64,000 nt of DNA from Octopus sinensis (GCF_006345805.1 NC_043005.1:59768001-59832000), one strand, 5' to 3'. Counted from the first letter of the stretch, positions 42,893-59,610 are shown. Numbers and translations are program-made. Notes: a model not told the origin generated them from the sequence alone.

Positions 42893-43450
42893 GGGCACAA
42901 GGCCTGAAATTTGGGTGAGGGAGACTAGTCGATTCATCGACCTCAATGCTTCACTGGTACTTAATTTATCGACCCCCAAAGGATAAACGGCAAAGTCGAC
43001 CCAACGGAATTTGCACTAAAAACGTATTGGCCGACGAAATAGCTATTTCTTTACTACCCACAAGGGGCTAAACACAGAGAAGACAGACAAACAGATTAAA
43101 TCAATTATATGGACCCCAGTGCGTAACTGGTACTTATTTAATCGACCCAAGAAGGATGAAAGGCAAAGTCGTGCTCGGCGGAATTTGAACTCAGAACGGA
43201 ACGGCAGACGAATACCTATTTCTTTAGTACCCATAAGGGGCTAAACACAGAGGGGACAAACAAGGACAGACAACCGGATTAAGTGGATTACATCGACCTC
43301 AGTGCGTAACTGGTACTTCATTTATCGTCCCCGAAAGGATGAAAGGCAAAGTCGACCTCGGCGGAATTTGAACTCAGAACCTAGCGACAGACGAAATGCC
43401 GCTTAGCATTTCGCCCAGCGTGCTGACGATTCTGCCAGCCCGCCGCCTTC
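42893..43450 (-). mobile_element. SINE family S4 with three tandem ~180-bp body units
   Basis: One head (ggcgggctggcagaatcgtcagc, B box gagttcaaattcc) followed by three copies of gcctttcatcc..gtcgat.aa.taagtaccagt. Confidence 0.85.
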
Positions 43451-43756
43451 AAGTAACAATAATGATTATTATCATATGATATTGAAATAGTTCGCAGTCC
43501 ATAATGTGAAATGTACCGCGAAGGGAGAAAATTTTTAATGCTACTGTTACCTGATCATGCCCTATATCTTGTGAATTGTTCTCTCAAATCGTAGACTTTC
43601 AACAAAATGGCTTCTGTCATGCTGCAATATTTTATGGCAATAAAACAAAAGCAATAAAACAACAATATATCACAGAACGATATCTAGACTCGTTACACGC
43701 AGCTGAGATTTTCGATAATGATACCAAAACAATATTTTATAATCAAAATTATTACA

Positions 43757-43920
43757 TCAAGGCGCCGGTGTAGCAAACTGGAACAAACATTAGAGAGTCG
43801 GATAAAATGCATTTCATCATGCATTCCGGCTCTTTATAGTTTGAGTTCAAATTATATCGAGGTAAGATCTGCCTTCCATTACCTTTTCATCGATTAAATA
43901 AATATTAGACAAGTATTACG
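43757..43920 (+). mobile_element. Degenerate SINE (family S4)
   Basis: gataaaatgc, tgagttcaaatt..cgaggt and gccttccat match the S4 head and body. Confidence 0.5.
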
Positions 43921-43981
43921 TTATGTGTAAAGGATTACGGTCCACCTCTCAAAATTGTTGTCCTTATGCAAAAATGAGAAA

Positions 43982-44351
43982 TCTCTATATATATAAACGG
44001 CAGTTTGTCTGTGTGTGTTTCTGTGTGTCTGTTAGGTTGTACCCTCACCCTGACCACGGCTTTCAACCGATTCTGATGAAACTTGACACACACATAGCCC
44101 AATGTCATAATTCAAAACTAACGCAGCGAAAATTTTGAAAAGTTCCCCCAGTTCTGAAAAAAATCGATAAATTCGACATGGGGTCGAGAATCAGAAACAC
44201 AAACCACAGACTGTCTAGGGGACGCAACTCGACCTTTTTAACTAAAAAAAATTTACCATCATTTTTTTCCCATTTTTTGGCTATAACTCTCTAAAAATGC
44301 TTTATAGTTATTTCCCTTACAAACCCGAGCAACGCCGGGCGATACTGCTAG
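43982..44351 (+). mobile_element. Non-autonomous Helitron (370 bp)
   Basis: A|TCtctatatatataaa 5' end; 3' end aaacccgagcaacgccgggcgatactgCTAG|T identical to 37287-37318. Confidence 0.8.
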
Positions 44352-45185
44352 TTATCACTAAAATGTTATTCGACAATATCGTGGAAAACACGTTTGGAAA
44401 ATTAAATATAAATGGAGGATTTACTGAAAAAAATACACGTGTGAAAAATATTCATTTTTTTTTTATCTGGCTTCAGTATCTGAGAATGATCGGGAATTCT
44501 TTCCGTAACAAGTATAAACAAGAGTAAATATCAAAATCTATACTGCTTAGCATTGAAACTATTTTTATAGAAATTCTTGAGAAACTCTAAAAGATAAAAA
44601 AGTAACAATATTCAGCATATTTATTTTTGTATACACATATTTTACAATTGATGATATTGATGCTTACTATAATAGTTATATAGAGAATGATGATTTTAGT
44701 AAAAATGATGTTTTTGGTTGTGATATGAGAGGTTTGGCTTGAATAACAACGGAAATAAGACATGGCTGATGAAACTTAACGCTCCCCGAGCAAAGGAAAT
44801 CCAATAACTTTATTGAATCAAAGAGAAAAATTAACAAACCAAATAGATAGTTATGCTGTTCAGTATCCCAGCAAGTAAAAGTGCAGTGTTACGTGTCCTG
44901 AACGTATACAAAATACACTCATTATAATAATAAACGTGAAACGGTAACAAATAAAATTATGCAACCGCAACAAATAAGAAAAGAAACAAAGGATATACAT
45001 AGTAAAACAAATTGAATCAACTGAAAATAAACTGAATGCTACATAAAACCCAAACTACAGCCAGCAATACATACATTGGTTGAAAAAAAAAAGAATACCA
45101 AATGACCCAGGTCTTTTTCTTATGAGAAGGTGAAAAAAGTTGCACTGAGGTTTTAATCTTACTGCAGCGTACATGTGTGCGTCTG

Positions 45186-45399
45186 TAGAAACACACACAC
45201 ACACACACAACAGACACACATACTTACACACACACACAACAAACACACACACTTACATACACACACACACACAAACACACACACATACACATACAAGCAT
45301 GTATATATATACAGAAAGTTTAAAACTGAGTATATTCAATTATATTTATCTTTCAGTGAGTGGAATACTTTTTTCTTGCGCCTAGCCGAGAGTAGACTG

Positions 45400-45486
<87 letters not shown>

Positions 45487-45490
45487 TTAA

Positions 45491-45535
<45 letters not shown>

Positions 45536-45539
45536 GTAT

Positions 45540-45580
<41 letters not shown>

Positions 45581-45590
45581 TATATACTCA
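45186..45590. repeat. (CA)n/(TATC)n microsatellites
   Basis: Directly visible. Confidence 0.95.
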
Positions 45591-46137
45591 CGCGTTCTCA
45601 AAGTATCGTCCTCTCAAATAGTAAACAGCCTTCAAAATGGCTTTCTTGAAGCAGAGCTGCTTTCGGAATTTGGAGAATGGTGCGGTGCCCGTAGTCTTTA
45701 TTGTATCGCCTAGAATAATAACAACAGCACAGCCAATTACACATCTTGGCGATCATTACAGTAGTATTAGAAAAAGTAGATAGAGTAGATGTACTTGTGA
45801 GCCAGAAGATAGGAAATAGCTTCAATATAGAACTGTATAGAAAATAGCTGTAAGAGATATTTTACTAATCACTTTGTCCTTTACTCAGTTTTGTCTAGTG
45901 TTTCACTGTGGGTAACGAGAGTACCAACTAAAACTTGAAACCATTATTCCTGAATACGAAGATAATACAGTACTGAATTCGAAACATCAAGCTATATTTC
46001 TAAATTAATATTATCCGCTAATCCACTTTGCATGCATCAGTAACTTTGAGAATAAAAACATTAATAAGTTCGTTTCCGGTTAACTTATTTTAATCAATAC
46101 AGATATGAAGCTAAAACACCAGCATTTGGATGATTTA

Positions 46138-46450
46138 TTATTATTTATGAGCCCTTTTCAAGTTTAGCCAGGCTCATGGGCCCGGTTTTCCCGTTTCTGT
46201 GGCGTATGTGTTCCCCCCAGCTGGACGGGACGCCAGTCCATCGCAGCGTTACTCAAGAAACAGGAGGAAAGAGTGAGAGAAAGTTGGGCCGAAAGAGTAC
46301 AACAGGGGTCGCTACCAACCCCTGCCCGAGCGTCGTGGAGTTTTAAGTGTTTTCGCTCAATAAACACTCACAACACCAGGTCTGGGAATCGAAACCGTGA
46401 TCTTCCGACCGCTTGTCCGCTGCCCTAACCATTGGGTCATTGCGCCTCCA
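46138..46450 (-). mobile_element. SINE family S2 (tail type b) with 12-bp TSD
   Basis: S2 head; tail contains gcgatggactggcgtcccgtccagctgggg and a short (TAA)n; TSD ttggatgattta at 46126-46137 and 46451-46462. Confidence 0.9.
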
Positions 46451-46629
46451 TTGGATGATTTACCAAAGATAAAAGAATTCAAACACCAGCGATTAATCCA
46501 CAAAACTTCATGTGCACGACAGTCACAGTTTTTAAAGTCACGGCCAGGTTGTCATTACCAAGAATAACAAACATATTCATATATTCCAACAAACTTAGTA
46601 TTGCTGTGCATATAAATATTTTACTAGAA

Positions 46630-46833
46630 GTTAAGAGCAGATATTAGATGTGCGAGTAGGTGCTGAAAAGCTGGTTTGAATGACGTCGTGAAAGGCATGG
46701 CTGGAGGCCTACGTTCCCAAATCCATACACAGGGTGTGAATCTGAGAAGGGAATATGTTGAATACAATCATAATTAACTGATCCTCCTGTATTTTGTTTC
46801 ACTGAAAACCATGAACTTTTTAGCATTCCCTTG
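46630..46833 (+). mobile_element. Mariner 3' remnant
   Basis: ..CVNLRREYVE C-terminal motif and TIR gaactttttagcattcccttg|TA. Confidence 0.55.
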
Positions 46834-47529
46834 TATGGGTGTGAACATCAGGTATTGCGCATTCCTGCCAAAGACAAATGGGGAAAATATTGACCGAGAA
46901 ACATGTTAAGGTAGTTATTTTAGCACAATATGTGAACTTCTAATTAAAGATGTACAAAAAGACAGGAAAACTAGTATACGTCACTGGTATTTTTGTTATT
47001 CAGGTACATTTGTGTCTTATATTAAGAAAACTGTACATGTCAATGAATGACTGAAAAATTATATTATAGATATGAAGGGAAATCTCTGAATTGAACAGTT
47101 TTTTTTTTTCAGGAAATAGCTTATCTGAGGCAGCTGTAATTTTTCTAGAGGTAGCATTAATCGGGAAAACGTTAACCAACTTTCAATGTACTAACTTTTG
47201 CCTATGAAAATTATCAAAATTTAGCTGTGAAGTAAAAACTATAGCAATAAGTAGCTTTAATAGGTACAGTAAATATTCTAAACTAGATACATTTAACACA
47301 GTAATACAAATCACACAAAATATATTCTAAACAATCATTTTTTTAATCATACAAAAGCTTTTATATAAATAAGAACAAAACAACATTAGAATCAACCTCA
47401 ATAAATGAAAAAAAATCCACATCACAGCAAATTGGATAAAACGAAAACACGCAATCTTTGCTCAAAATCATAAAGTTGTACACACAACAGGAAGATAGAT
47501 TATAGACGCAGATGTGCAATTTGAATTAA

Positions 47530-49620
<2,091 letters not shown>

Positions 49621-50117
49621 ATTTTGTTAAAAATGCCTATTTTCTAAAAATTGCCTCACTTAAGTACATTGCTGTATATTGCAATTTACACAAGGTTTTT
49701 TGTTTCTGACGTTAACCTAATCCAACCACGTGCTTTAAATAACATTTCAGGAGACCAAATGTCTTGTAAGGTTGTGATTGGCAAAGAAGTTTGGAGTTTT
49801 AGATTTCTACTTGTTTCATGGTGTTTGTCCAGACAACAGGCACATTGAATTCTAATCTTTCGAGGTTTATTTTTTATTTATCCAATCATTTCAAAATGGA
49901 TAATAACTACCAGTTCTGAGCGCTCGATTGGTGAATTTGTTAAAGCATCTGAAAGGTTGCCTTTCGTTATTCGCGTGTTTCTCTTCAGCCTTTGTTCAAA
50001 TCTCACTCCGTTACATAAAAATATGTGGCACGTGTGGTTGAATAGCAATTTCAAATAAAGAAAAATACAATGGAAATATAGCTTCCTCGTTTCGATTGCA
50101 TGGCCAGGAACATCATC

Positions 50118-50470
50118 ACTATGACGACCAACATCAACACCAACACCATCACAACTCTCACCAGCAGCGCCAGTACCACTTCCACCACTAATACTAGCTT
50201 CACCACCGACATCAACAACACTACTGACAACACTGCCACTACGAGAAGCAGCAGCACTGCAACTAGAACAGTCAGAAGCCACATCATACCACTGCGCTCC
50301 ATCAACACCATCTCCACCACCAACACCACCAGCACCACTAAAACCACTACCACCACCACCACCACCACTAACACCACCACCAATATCTCCACTACCACTG
50401 TCACCACCACCATTATCACTACCACCGCTGCCACCCCCCCCACCACCACCGACATCAACACTGCTACAAC
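50118..50470. repeat. Degenerate (CAC/CAA/ACT)n trinucleotide low-complexity tract
   Basis: Imperfect trinucleotide periodicity; gives the Thr-rich and Val-rich ORFs in the track. Confidence 0.85.
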
Positions 50471-51631
50471 GAGTAACAGAAGCATCACCGAAGAAGGTGA
50501 CAATTCTGCCCGGAGTTGGTTCGATAGAAGATCGTCCGTATCCACCAACATCATGATCATCACCACAAAACCCGCAAGTTTACATATGTTGCTTTAAAAA
50601 GAAAAAAATATAAATCAGAAAGTTTCAAGATTTTCTTCTGTTACACTTAAGGATTCCGAAAGATTTTAGAACAAATTAAAGCAGACTGTTTCTAGTGGGT
50701 CCCTACAAGAAAGTCCTTTTAATCAAATAAAACAGTGAAGTCAGAATGAACACTTTGGCTATGTATTGTAAAACAAGGTGAGGATGGGGATGAAATCCGG
50801 TCATATGATAAATTTTCAGGATATCCTCTTTTAATTTGCAGATTACAATTTTGGTGGGGGTTAGGTATTTTTATTCAATAATAAAATAATGAACAAAATT
50901 GCTTAGAAACCCATCTAATTTCTCCCGTAGGTGTATATGTATATATGTAGTTATATATATGAGTTATACATTAATGTAGGAATGTATGCAAAATGTTTCG
51001 ACATTAATTGAATACATCGCAGTTTTCAGAGTCGTTCGAAAAGATTGTAAATTAGTTGTCATGATCTCTTTGATAGAATGGCATATTGTCTTCTTTAAAG
51101 CTTTATGCGATAGGGGTAAAGGTATCGTGAATAGAAATTGTGCAGAAATCGATCATTTAAATGTTAACGCTTATCGTGTCTCTTTGTATTTTCTAAACGA
51201 CCCCCATTTTCAACATCGTTACATACGATCATGTCCAATGCATGTTATCTCATTTATGATCCAGTTTCGTGTTATAGAAAACTTATTTCTAATGAATTAA
51301 TCTGATTTTTATTTACGTTTACTTTTTAGATAATTAAATATTTCATGATTCTGAAAGATTCCTATCGATGAATTTCCTGCATCTTTCACATCAGCTATTT
51401 TCTATAATTGCTATAATTCTCATAAATCTCGTTTTAATTACAACATTCTAAAATTATGTAATTGTACGTTTCTCATGTGTTTATGTTTAGCATGGAAAAG
51501 CTTCCACTGTAATCATTGGAATATAGAATGGAAATGAGAACGAGGGAAGACATTGGAAATAATTAGAGGGTTAGAATAATCTAACAAATCGGACAAATTT
51601 ATATCTTCATCGTATCAGTCATTCATTCATT

Positions 51632-51686
<55 letters not shown>

Positions 51687-52106
51687 ATAAATGGAGAGAG
51701 AGAGAGAGAAAGTTAAATGGATACAGATAAATTATATATCTGCATATATAGATTATATATATATGCACGAAAGCTAATTTCCTTTGGTGAGGGGCCGGAT
51801 TATGGCAATATCTCAGTGTGTAATTGTTTAGTGGCTACATACTCAAGTCATTTTGTAAATTCTATCTACAAATTATGAGTATAAGGATTATTATGTAATT
51901 CCGAGTTTTTTGCAACACCTGATGAGTTAGCAAATTAAATAGTTTTTTTCTTACTCTCCATTTGTTACGCTCTATGTGTGTGTTTTTGTGTGTCTGTGCA
52001 CGTGTTTGGGTGTATGTATGTATTCATCCTTCTAAATAAATGTGGTTATATGTGTCGTGGTTATCTATCTATCGATATGTCGACTGCTATTTCCAGTAAA
52101 TATTGG

Positions 52107-52159
<53 letters not shown>

Positions 52160-52160
<1 letters not shown>

Positions 52161-53676
52161 AATGAACCACGAATGAAAAGTCGCACACATAGTAAGTAGA
52201 AAATGGTTTTTTAACTGCCTGCCAGAGTGTTGAGTGAAGAGTGCTAATTATGAAACCGTTCTTTCCTAATGATAAAACCTCATTTCCTGAAACATGTTTG
52301 ACGTCACCTGGTGTCACGTGATGACGGAGATTTTGAGAATCAAAAGTGATGAATTCAATATCTCGTGTAACCATCGATTCCGTTGAATACCGCCAGGTAT
52401 CTTATGTACGTTGAACGCACAAAATGATTGAAGGCTATAGGGATAGCAGCCTACACTCAATTAAAACTTGCGTTAAGTTGTGTCGCAGTTGTCAGCCTTG
52501 GACGGATGTCATCTAGCATTCTTTGGACCTCGTCCCACAGTTGTTCTAAGGAGTTCGAGTCCAAACTTAAGGCAGGGCATAATAGAGTATGGATGTTGTG
52601 CTGTTTGCAGTCAGTTGTCACCTTGTCAGTATGGGCAGGGGCGTTATCATGTTGGAACACGTGACTCCGAAGACGGGTGAAGTATTGCAAAATGTGAGGC
52701 TCAACACTTGCTCGATGTAGCGAGCAGCGGTTATTCAATTGCCCCAGCCTTGGCCGATGTTTAGGAAGACCACTGGTTAAAGTTTCTGGTTCAGTGTAAT
52801 ACCGCCTGCCCTCTCCATATGTCTCTCTCTACCACACAGTCATGAGCATGACGTTCACTCCCTCTCCAAACCCTAGCTCTGCCCTCTGCCACAGAAATGC
52901 AATATCGGCTTTCATCAGTGAAGGCTACGGTGCTCCACTGCATATAACGCCAGTTCTAATGTTTCCGAGCCCACTGCAGACGTTCCCGTCGATGACGATC
53001 TGTGAGGATGGGGGCTCCTAGCCGGATGTCGACAAAACAGGTTAAAAGATCTCAGCCGGCGGCGAACTGAATCTGCGCAAATAGATGTGTTGTGACACCC
53101 TATGGTCTGCCTAGCTGATTTTGTTGCCCTCCGAAACCGATCCTGCAAGTGCTGTCGGTGCAGGTGGTGACTATGACGTTCTGTTGTAACACTCGTTGGG
53201 CCACGAATGATTGTCCACGATCGTCCGTGCTCTTTGTAGCATAGTGTCGTTCCCTCAGACATACAATTGTCCGGATACTGCAGTTCAAGTTATTAGCAAC
53301 GACCCATGGACGTTGACCATGGAGACGTCTGGAGGTTTTGATTTCGCGTCAGACTTGGCGTGCTTGCTGTGATAGAGAAACGAAAGACAGACTGGTAAAT
53401 TTGGGTGCCTCTTAAACCCAATGAGTCAACGTTTTGGACCTGCATCATGCTTTTGAAAGATGCGTTCGCGAGCATTACCAAGTTCACGAAAAGTGAGCGA
53501 ACTCAAACCGTACATGCAATCCTTGTGTTTTCAAAAGAGAGTGGTATTGTGGGTCGTTGATATCTTTCTGATGTCAAACTACCTTAAAATGCGTTCAAAC
53601 TCATATAATCACAACAACGTGTGTGAAACTACGAAATGAATAATCTTTTATACAGTGTGACGTTTATTTTGGGTTC

Positions 53677-53680
<4 letters not shown>
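52160..53680 (-). mobile_element. Near full-length decayed Tc1-like element (DD34E-like)
   Basis: Ends tactgaacccaaaataaacgtcacac and a degenerate taatgaaccacgaatgaaaagtcgcacac. Motifs QDRFRRATKSARQ..SVRRRLRSFNL, FTDES and VFQHDNAPAH..CPALSLDSNSLEQLWDE. Confidence 0.85.
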
Positions 53681-53728
<48 letters not shown>

Positions 53729-53915
53729 TACATATATATATAAAGCAAATAACCAACAAGGATGTCAAGGTATTAGTGCATTACTGCCGTTTCAAGCAGC
53801 TCCATTTAATCGATCGAAGTAAGCATTACATCACTTTGAAATACACCGCCTTCCTCGGATGCATAAGGTCATATAGGGTAGATGTTGTAGTTTTCATTAA
53901 AACACTCTGTGTGTG

Positions 53916-53962
<47 letters not shown>

Positions 53963-54254
53963 AAATTCAGACTATAATATGCACCTGCGCTCGGAGAAGT
54001 TAGCAAATATACTAAAAAAACTGTCGTCCCCATTTGTAAAACTACGAGGAGGATAAATAACCCAGTATCAATTTATTTCACTTTCTGGGCTGAATTGACA
54101 CTTAAAGCTCCTCAGCTATATGATATATACATATAGTGTGAGAAGCGTGGCATTGGAGATATTTAACTCTTCTTTCTAGCAAACAGGCGAATATTGTACC
54201 CTGTCTTTTAATAAATATTTTGCCTATTTGGATTATGGCCACTTTATCATGATT

Positions 54255-54289
<35 letters not shown>

Positions 54290-54500
54290 CGAGAATGTTT
54301 ACGAAAATAAACAAAAGACGAAGGCAGGTGGAGTACAAACAAGCAAATGTATTAGTATGGCGCTCAGGAATAGAAATAGAACAAGTCCTTTACGTTTCGA
54401 GCCTACGCTCTTCGACAGAAAGATACACAGAAAAGAAACAAGGAGAGAAACAAGGAAAGAAAAAAAAATGCGTGTAGAAACTAACGGTCCATCATATATA
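54290..54500 (-). mobile_element. Putative Penelope-like terminal-repeat fragment with a hammerhead-like motif
   Basis: The minus strand reads CTTT-CTGTCGA-A-GAGC-GTAG-GCTC-GAAAC-GTA-AAGG at 54386-54424; the family assignment is inferred from this layout. Confidence 0.5.
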
Positions 54501-54749
54501 TATATATATTCATACAGTACTCCTTCGAATATCGCCGGTGTTACTTTCAAAAAACCACTGGAATAGGTGAAAACCACGAAGTAGAAACAGTATGGTACAG
54601 TATATTTTCTTTTAGATATTTTTATAATTTGTATATATTTATTTTATAAATGCAAATCAACACCACAGAGAAATCAACATAATCTTAAATGATAAACCTC
54701 GATAGGTGAACCGCCATATGGTGAGGTATTAATGTATATATACATATTC

Positions 54750-55680
<931 letters not shown>

Positions 55681-55707
55681 TATACATACAAACATACATG
55701 CATATAC

Positions 55708-56081
55708 GATGTTTTTTCTCAGTTCTGCTGGCTATGAATCTCCCATAACGTTCGTCACTATCGACATTTTTCTGCTCAAACAATCCTCCCCATACACTTT
55801 TTGCTGCTTTGCATAGGCCTCTAAGCAGGTATCGCCAGGCTTTTAGCAAAATGTGATGCAGATTCTCTGCTGAACTTTCACAGTCATGGTCATTGTGACG
55901 ATCACACGCTACACACTTTCTTCCCAAGTACTGTTGTGAACATCAGAAGTCAGCTATATCGTTGAAAAGTAGAGTGCATGTACAGCAGAGATGGAGGTCA
56001 ATCTATGCCAAGAGGCTTCAATCTGCATACTTTACCTTCGTTACTATGGCAAAAGTCCGAAAACTTGTTGATCAGACCACG
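55708..56081 (-). mobile_element. Mariner 5' fragment (same family as 41431)
   Basis: TIR cgtggtctgatcaacaagt and 5' UTR gcgtgtgatcgtc match 41431-41630; ORF start MTVKVQQRICITFC..PGDTCLEAY. Confidence 0.8.
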
Positions 56082-56184
56082 TATAAATGTGTGTGTTCAC
56101 ATATGAATATATTTATATATGAAAAAAAAATATATGTATACTTATATATATATATATATATGTATATACGTATATATCTATATC

Positions 56185-56253
<69 letters not shown>

Positions 56254-56294
56254 ATATTGATAAAAATGCTATATATATATATATTGATAAAATA

Positions 56295-56346
<52 letters not shown>

Positions 56347-58047
56347 ATAAAAATGGTATATATATATATGCACGTATGTACATGGATACACACAGATGTA
56401 TGTATATATTCTCTATGTGTATGGATATATGTATATACCTATCTATTTATCTATCTTATAGTTATATATATATAAGATGTATGTATATGACCATGCATAT
56501 ACTTTTGTACCTATTCATGTAGATAATATTTTTCAATGTTTTGCACCATCTTATCGCTCTATTTTCCTTCAAGCTTTTTTTTAATGTCAATAAAATTGAG
56601 ACCACCCATCTATCTTTATAGCACGCAGTATATCGTCTCTTTATCAAGATGTTAGTATGCGATCTGAGAAAAAAATGTTGCAGTTGTTCCCAAAACGCCA
56701 GGTGTCGTTTAATGTCCCTCTTTCCCACTTCACGTTAATCTTTTATATATATCTGTGACTGTTTTTTCTGTCTTACAGAGCATTTCTTTGCCTTTCTGTT
56801 TATATCGTACATGCATGCGGACTCATATATAAGCGTGTGTATGCACGCACGTGTGTATGTGCATGTGGGCGTATGTGTGCGTGTGTATTTTTGTATATTT
56901 ATGCAGGTATATGTGTGCGTGTATAAGATTATGCGTTTGTTGATGTTGCCTCTTCAAAGGCAATCATATTCAGTTGTCTCCATAAACTGGCAAGCATACT
57001 ACTAAGAATCAATATGGTTCTGACCCCATACTACGTATCCATTAACGTTTCACTACTGCATTGGAATTTATTCTGTTATTTCGACTCCAAAACCCATTTG
57101 GAAATGTTAGCATTAACAACAAAAACAACACGAAATACGAAACTGAAACCGAAAGCTGTATGTACAAATTATTAATTTGATTATCTTGGAGTTATTTCAA
57201 ATGTTTTAAGGGCTCATCTGATGTATCAATAATATTTCCTATTCCATCCTTCCTTCTCAATATTTTCTGTGCTTCGCCATCTTCTACTGCCATAACCATA
57301 ATTTCTGCTTTGTTGAGGAGATATTAACTTATTCTTGTATGCATCTGCTTTCTGCTTTGAGCGACTTTAAACGAAAGGAAATGGTGATAGCATTATATTA
57401 TTTGAACTTACCTATGAACCTGTGAGAGATTTTCTGAAACTAGATTGGCAACAATACAGCTTATATTTAAGACATGTCAACTTCCATATAATTTCACGAA
57501 GCTGTATAATTTAGAAGTAGAATGATTACGTGCTCTAGTAGATACAAACACAAATACATTATATGCGTATGTACACGATATGTGAGTAATTGCTTGTATA
57601 AATTACAGTTGTAAGCGTTTTTAAAATGACGGGTAGGTATATATGTGTGTATACGCGTTTGTGCGTACATAACTAAAGACACACTCTCCTGTAACATAGC
57701 AAAAACTCTGTTTCTGAGACAATCGTATTGATAGTCAGAAAATGCTATAACTGCCAAAATATACTATCGCTTTCACCTGGTTCAAATGAGAGGCAGAAAG
57801 CAATAATTCACCCATTTCATTTGGAACTACATATGCTCTTATTAACCCCTTGACGCCGGTATTACCTGAAGCATGCAAGACACTGCTCCGGGTTTTTTTT
57901 TTATCTAATGAGGCCACACAAACACACAAGTGCCGACGAGCTCACATCTATTTACGTTCACCTTTACAATAACATAGCGCCGTACATTTATGTCTACCGG
58001 TTTATGAAAACGAACTATGTGATGCTATTTATCATAATATAATATGT

Positions 58048-58430
58048 GGAAGCACTCCGTCGGTTACGACGACGAGGGTTCCGGTTGATCCGAATCAACG
58101 GAACAGCCTGCTCGTGAAATTAACGTGTAAGTGGCCGAGCACTCCACAGACACGTGTACCCTTAACGTAGTTCTCGGGGATATTCAGCGTGACACAGAGA
58201 GTGACAAGGCCGGCCCTTTGAAATACAGGTACAACAGAAGCAGGAAGTAAGAATGAGAGAAAGTTGTGGTGAAAGAGTACTGCAGGGATCACCACCATCC
58301 CCTGCCGGAGCCTCGTGGAGCTTTAGGTGTTTTCGCTCAATAAACACTCACAACGCCCGGTCTGGGAATCGAAACCGCGATCCTATGACCGCGAGTCCGC
58401 TGCCCTAACCACTGGGCCATTGCGCCTCCA
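58048..58430 (-). mobile_element. SINE family S2 (tail type c) with perfect 15-bp TSD
   Basis: Intact head ggaggcgcaatggcccagtggttagggcagcggactcgcgg; TSD cataatataatatgt at 58033-58047 and 58431-58445. Confidence 0.92.
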
Positions 58431-59224
58431 CATAATATAATATGTACGAGTTATTCTGCTCAAGTTTATAAAATAGCTTGCGTGTGGTACAACTCGAAAC
58501 ACGGTATTATGCATGTAAAGTATCTGCACGTCATTGGTCTACTGTTAGTCTCATCACTTGAACGTAACCTACAATAGCTAAGATAAGGCACGGCGGCGAA
58601 AACGCGCATCTCAAGAGATAAAGTACACCTTTGCGAACGTAAACATATGTCAGCCGCTAAAAAGTCCGTGATAGATGTAGGGCAGATCTACATCGTATAT
58701 TTACGTTCATCGCGGGTAGGCAATCAAAAGTGTGATCGCATATTTGCGTCAACCATTGTCAAGGGGTTAATCTCAAAATTAAGTTACCCGTCTGATTTAC
58801 GTAAAATAGTTTCCCATTTCACTGCGATGTCTGACGTATACACTTACTGTATCCTCACATTGTCAACTCTTCCGTTACTAAGTGAGACCCCTCCGACTTA
58901 GAATTCCCATCCCTTCTCTTCGCATAAATTCCGTCCCTCTACTCGCCATATAATGTTTTCCTTTGTGTCACACCCGCTATTATTTCCTTCTCAGCCATCA
59001 ACAAATAACTGTACAAGAGTAAAACGAATTCATTCTCATTGCTAGAGCTGGTGGACCGACACCGACTTGAATCCAGACCTGAAGTAAATATAATGTTGAA
59101 ATGTTAAAAACTCAAAAGGATTATAAACTATTACTTCTTGTTGCAAATAAGATAAGCTATCAACACGAATTTACCCATTTACAACAATCAATACTTTCTC
59201 GCCAAAAAAGGCACATAGGCCCGC

Positions 59225-59569
59225 ATACATACATACATACATATATACATACATACATACATACATACTACATGCATGCATGCATACATACATACATACA
59301 TATGATACGATGCATACATATGTACATATATTCATGTACCCCTCCACATATATGCGTATGCATATATATATAAATATATATAAAGATATATATATATATA
59401 TATTATGTTTCTGTGTATACATACATACGTATATATATAAATATATACGTTCACATATAAATGCGCATATGTATATATATGTATGTATGTATGTATGTAT
59501 ATATCTCTCTATCTCTTTATCTCTCTCTCTCGCTATATATCCATGTATATATATACATACATGGATATG

Positions 59570-59606
<37 letters not shown>

Positions 59607-59610
59607 TTAT
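59225..59610. repeat. (TACA)n/(TA)n/(CT)n microsatellites
   Basis: Directly visible. Confidence 0.95.

Noticed and set aside
42893-43450. Regularly spaced repeats superficially like a CRISPR array
   Set aside because: Units are ~180 bp and homologous throughout with no unique spacers; eukaryotic SINE context and no cas genes.
45637-45699. CFRNLENGAVPVVF resembling a THAP AVPTIF box
   Set aside because: Upstream stops and no C2CH zinc ligands.
49951-49993. Minus-strand AAAGG-CTGAAGA...GAAA...CCTTT resembling a hammerhead
   Set aside because: Stem II has only one base pair and there is no UH cleavage triplet; the complementarity is explained by a local GAAAGG/CCTTTC hairpin.
50100-50597. 165-aa Thr-rich mucin-like ORF
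   Set aside because: It is explained by a degenerate CAC/CAA/ACT repeat open on both strands; no signal peptide, domain or clear splice context.
57230-57460. Frame-compatible two-exon model on the minus strand (AG|GTAAGT donor at 57411)
   Set aside because: The implied intron is only 47 nt and the peptide is unrecognisable; chance is likely.
58450-58850. CpG-richer unique stretch suggesting a promoter
   Set aside because: CpG observed/expected was not computed and there is no linked exon or TSS evidence.
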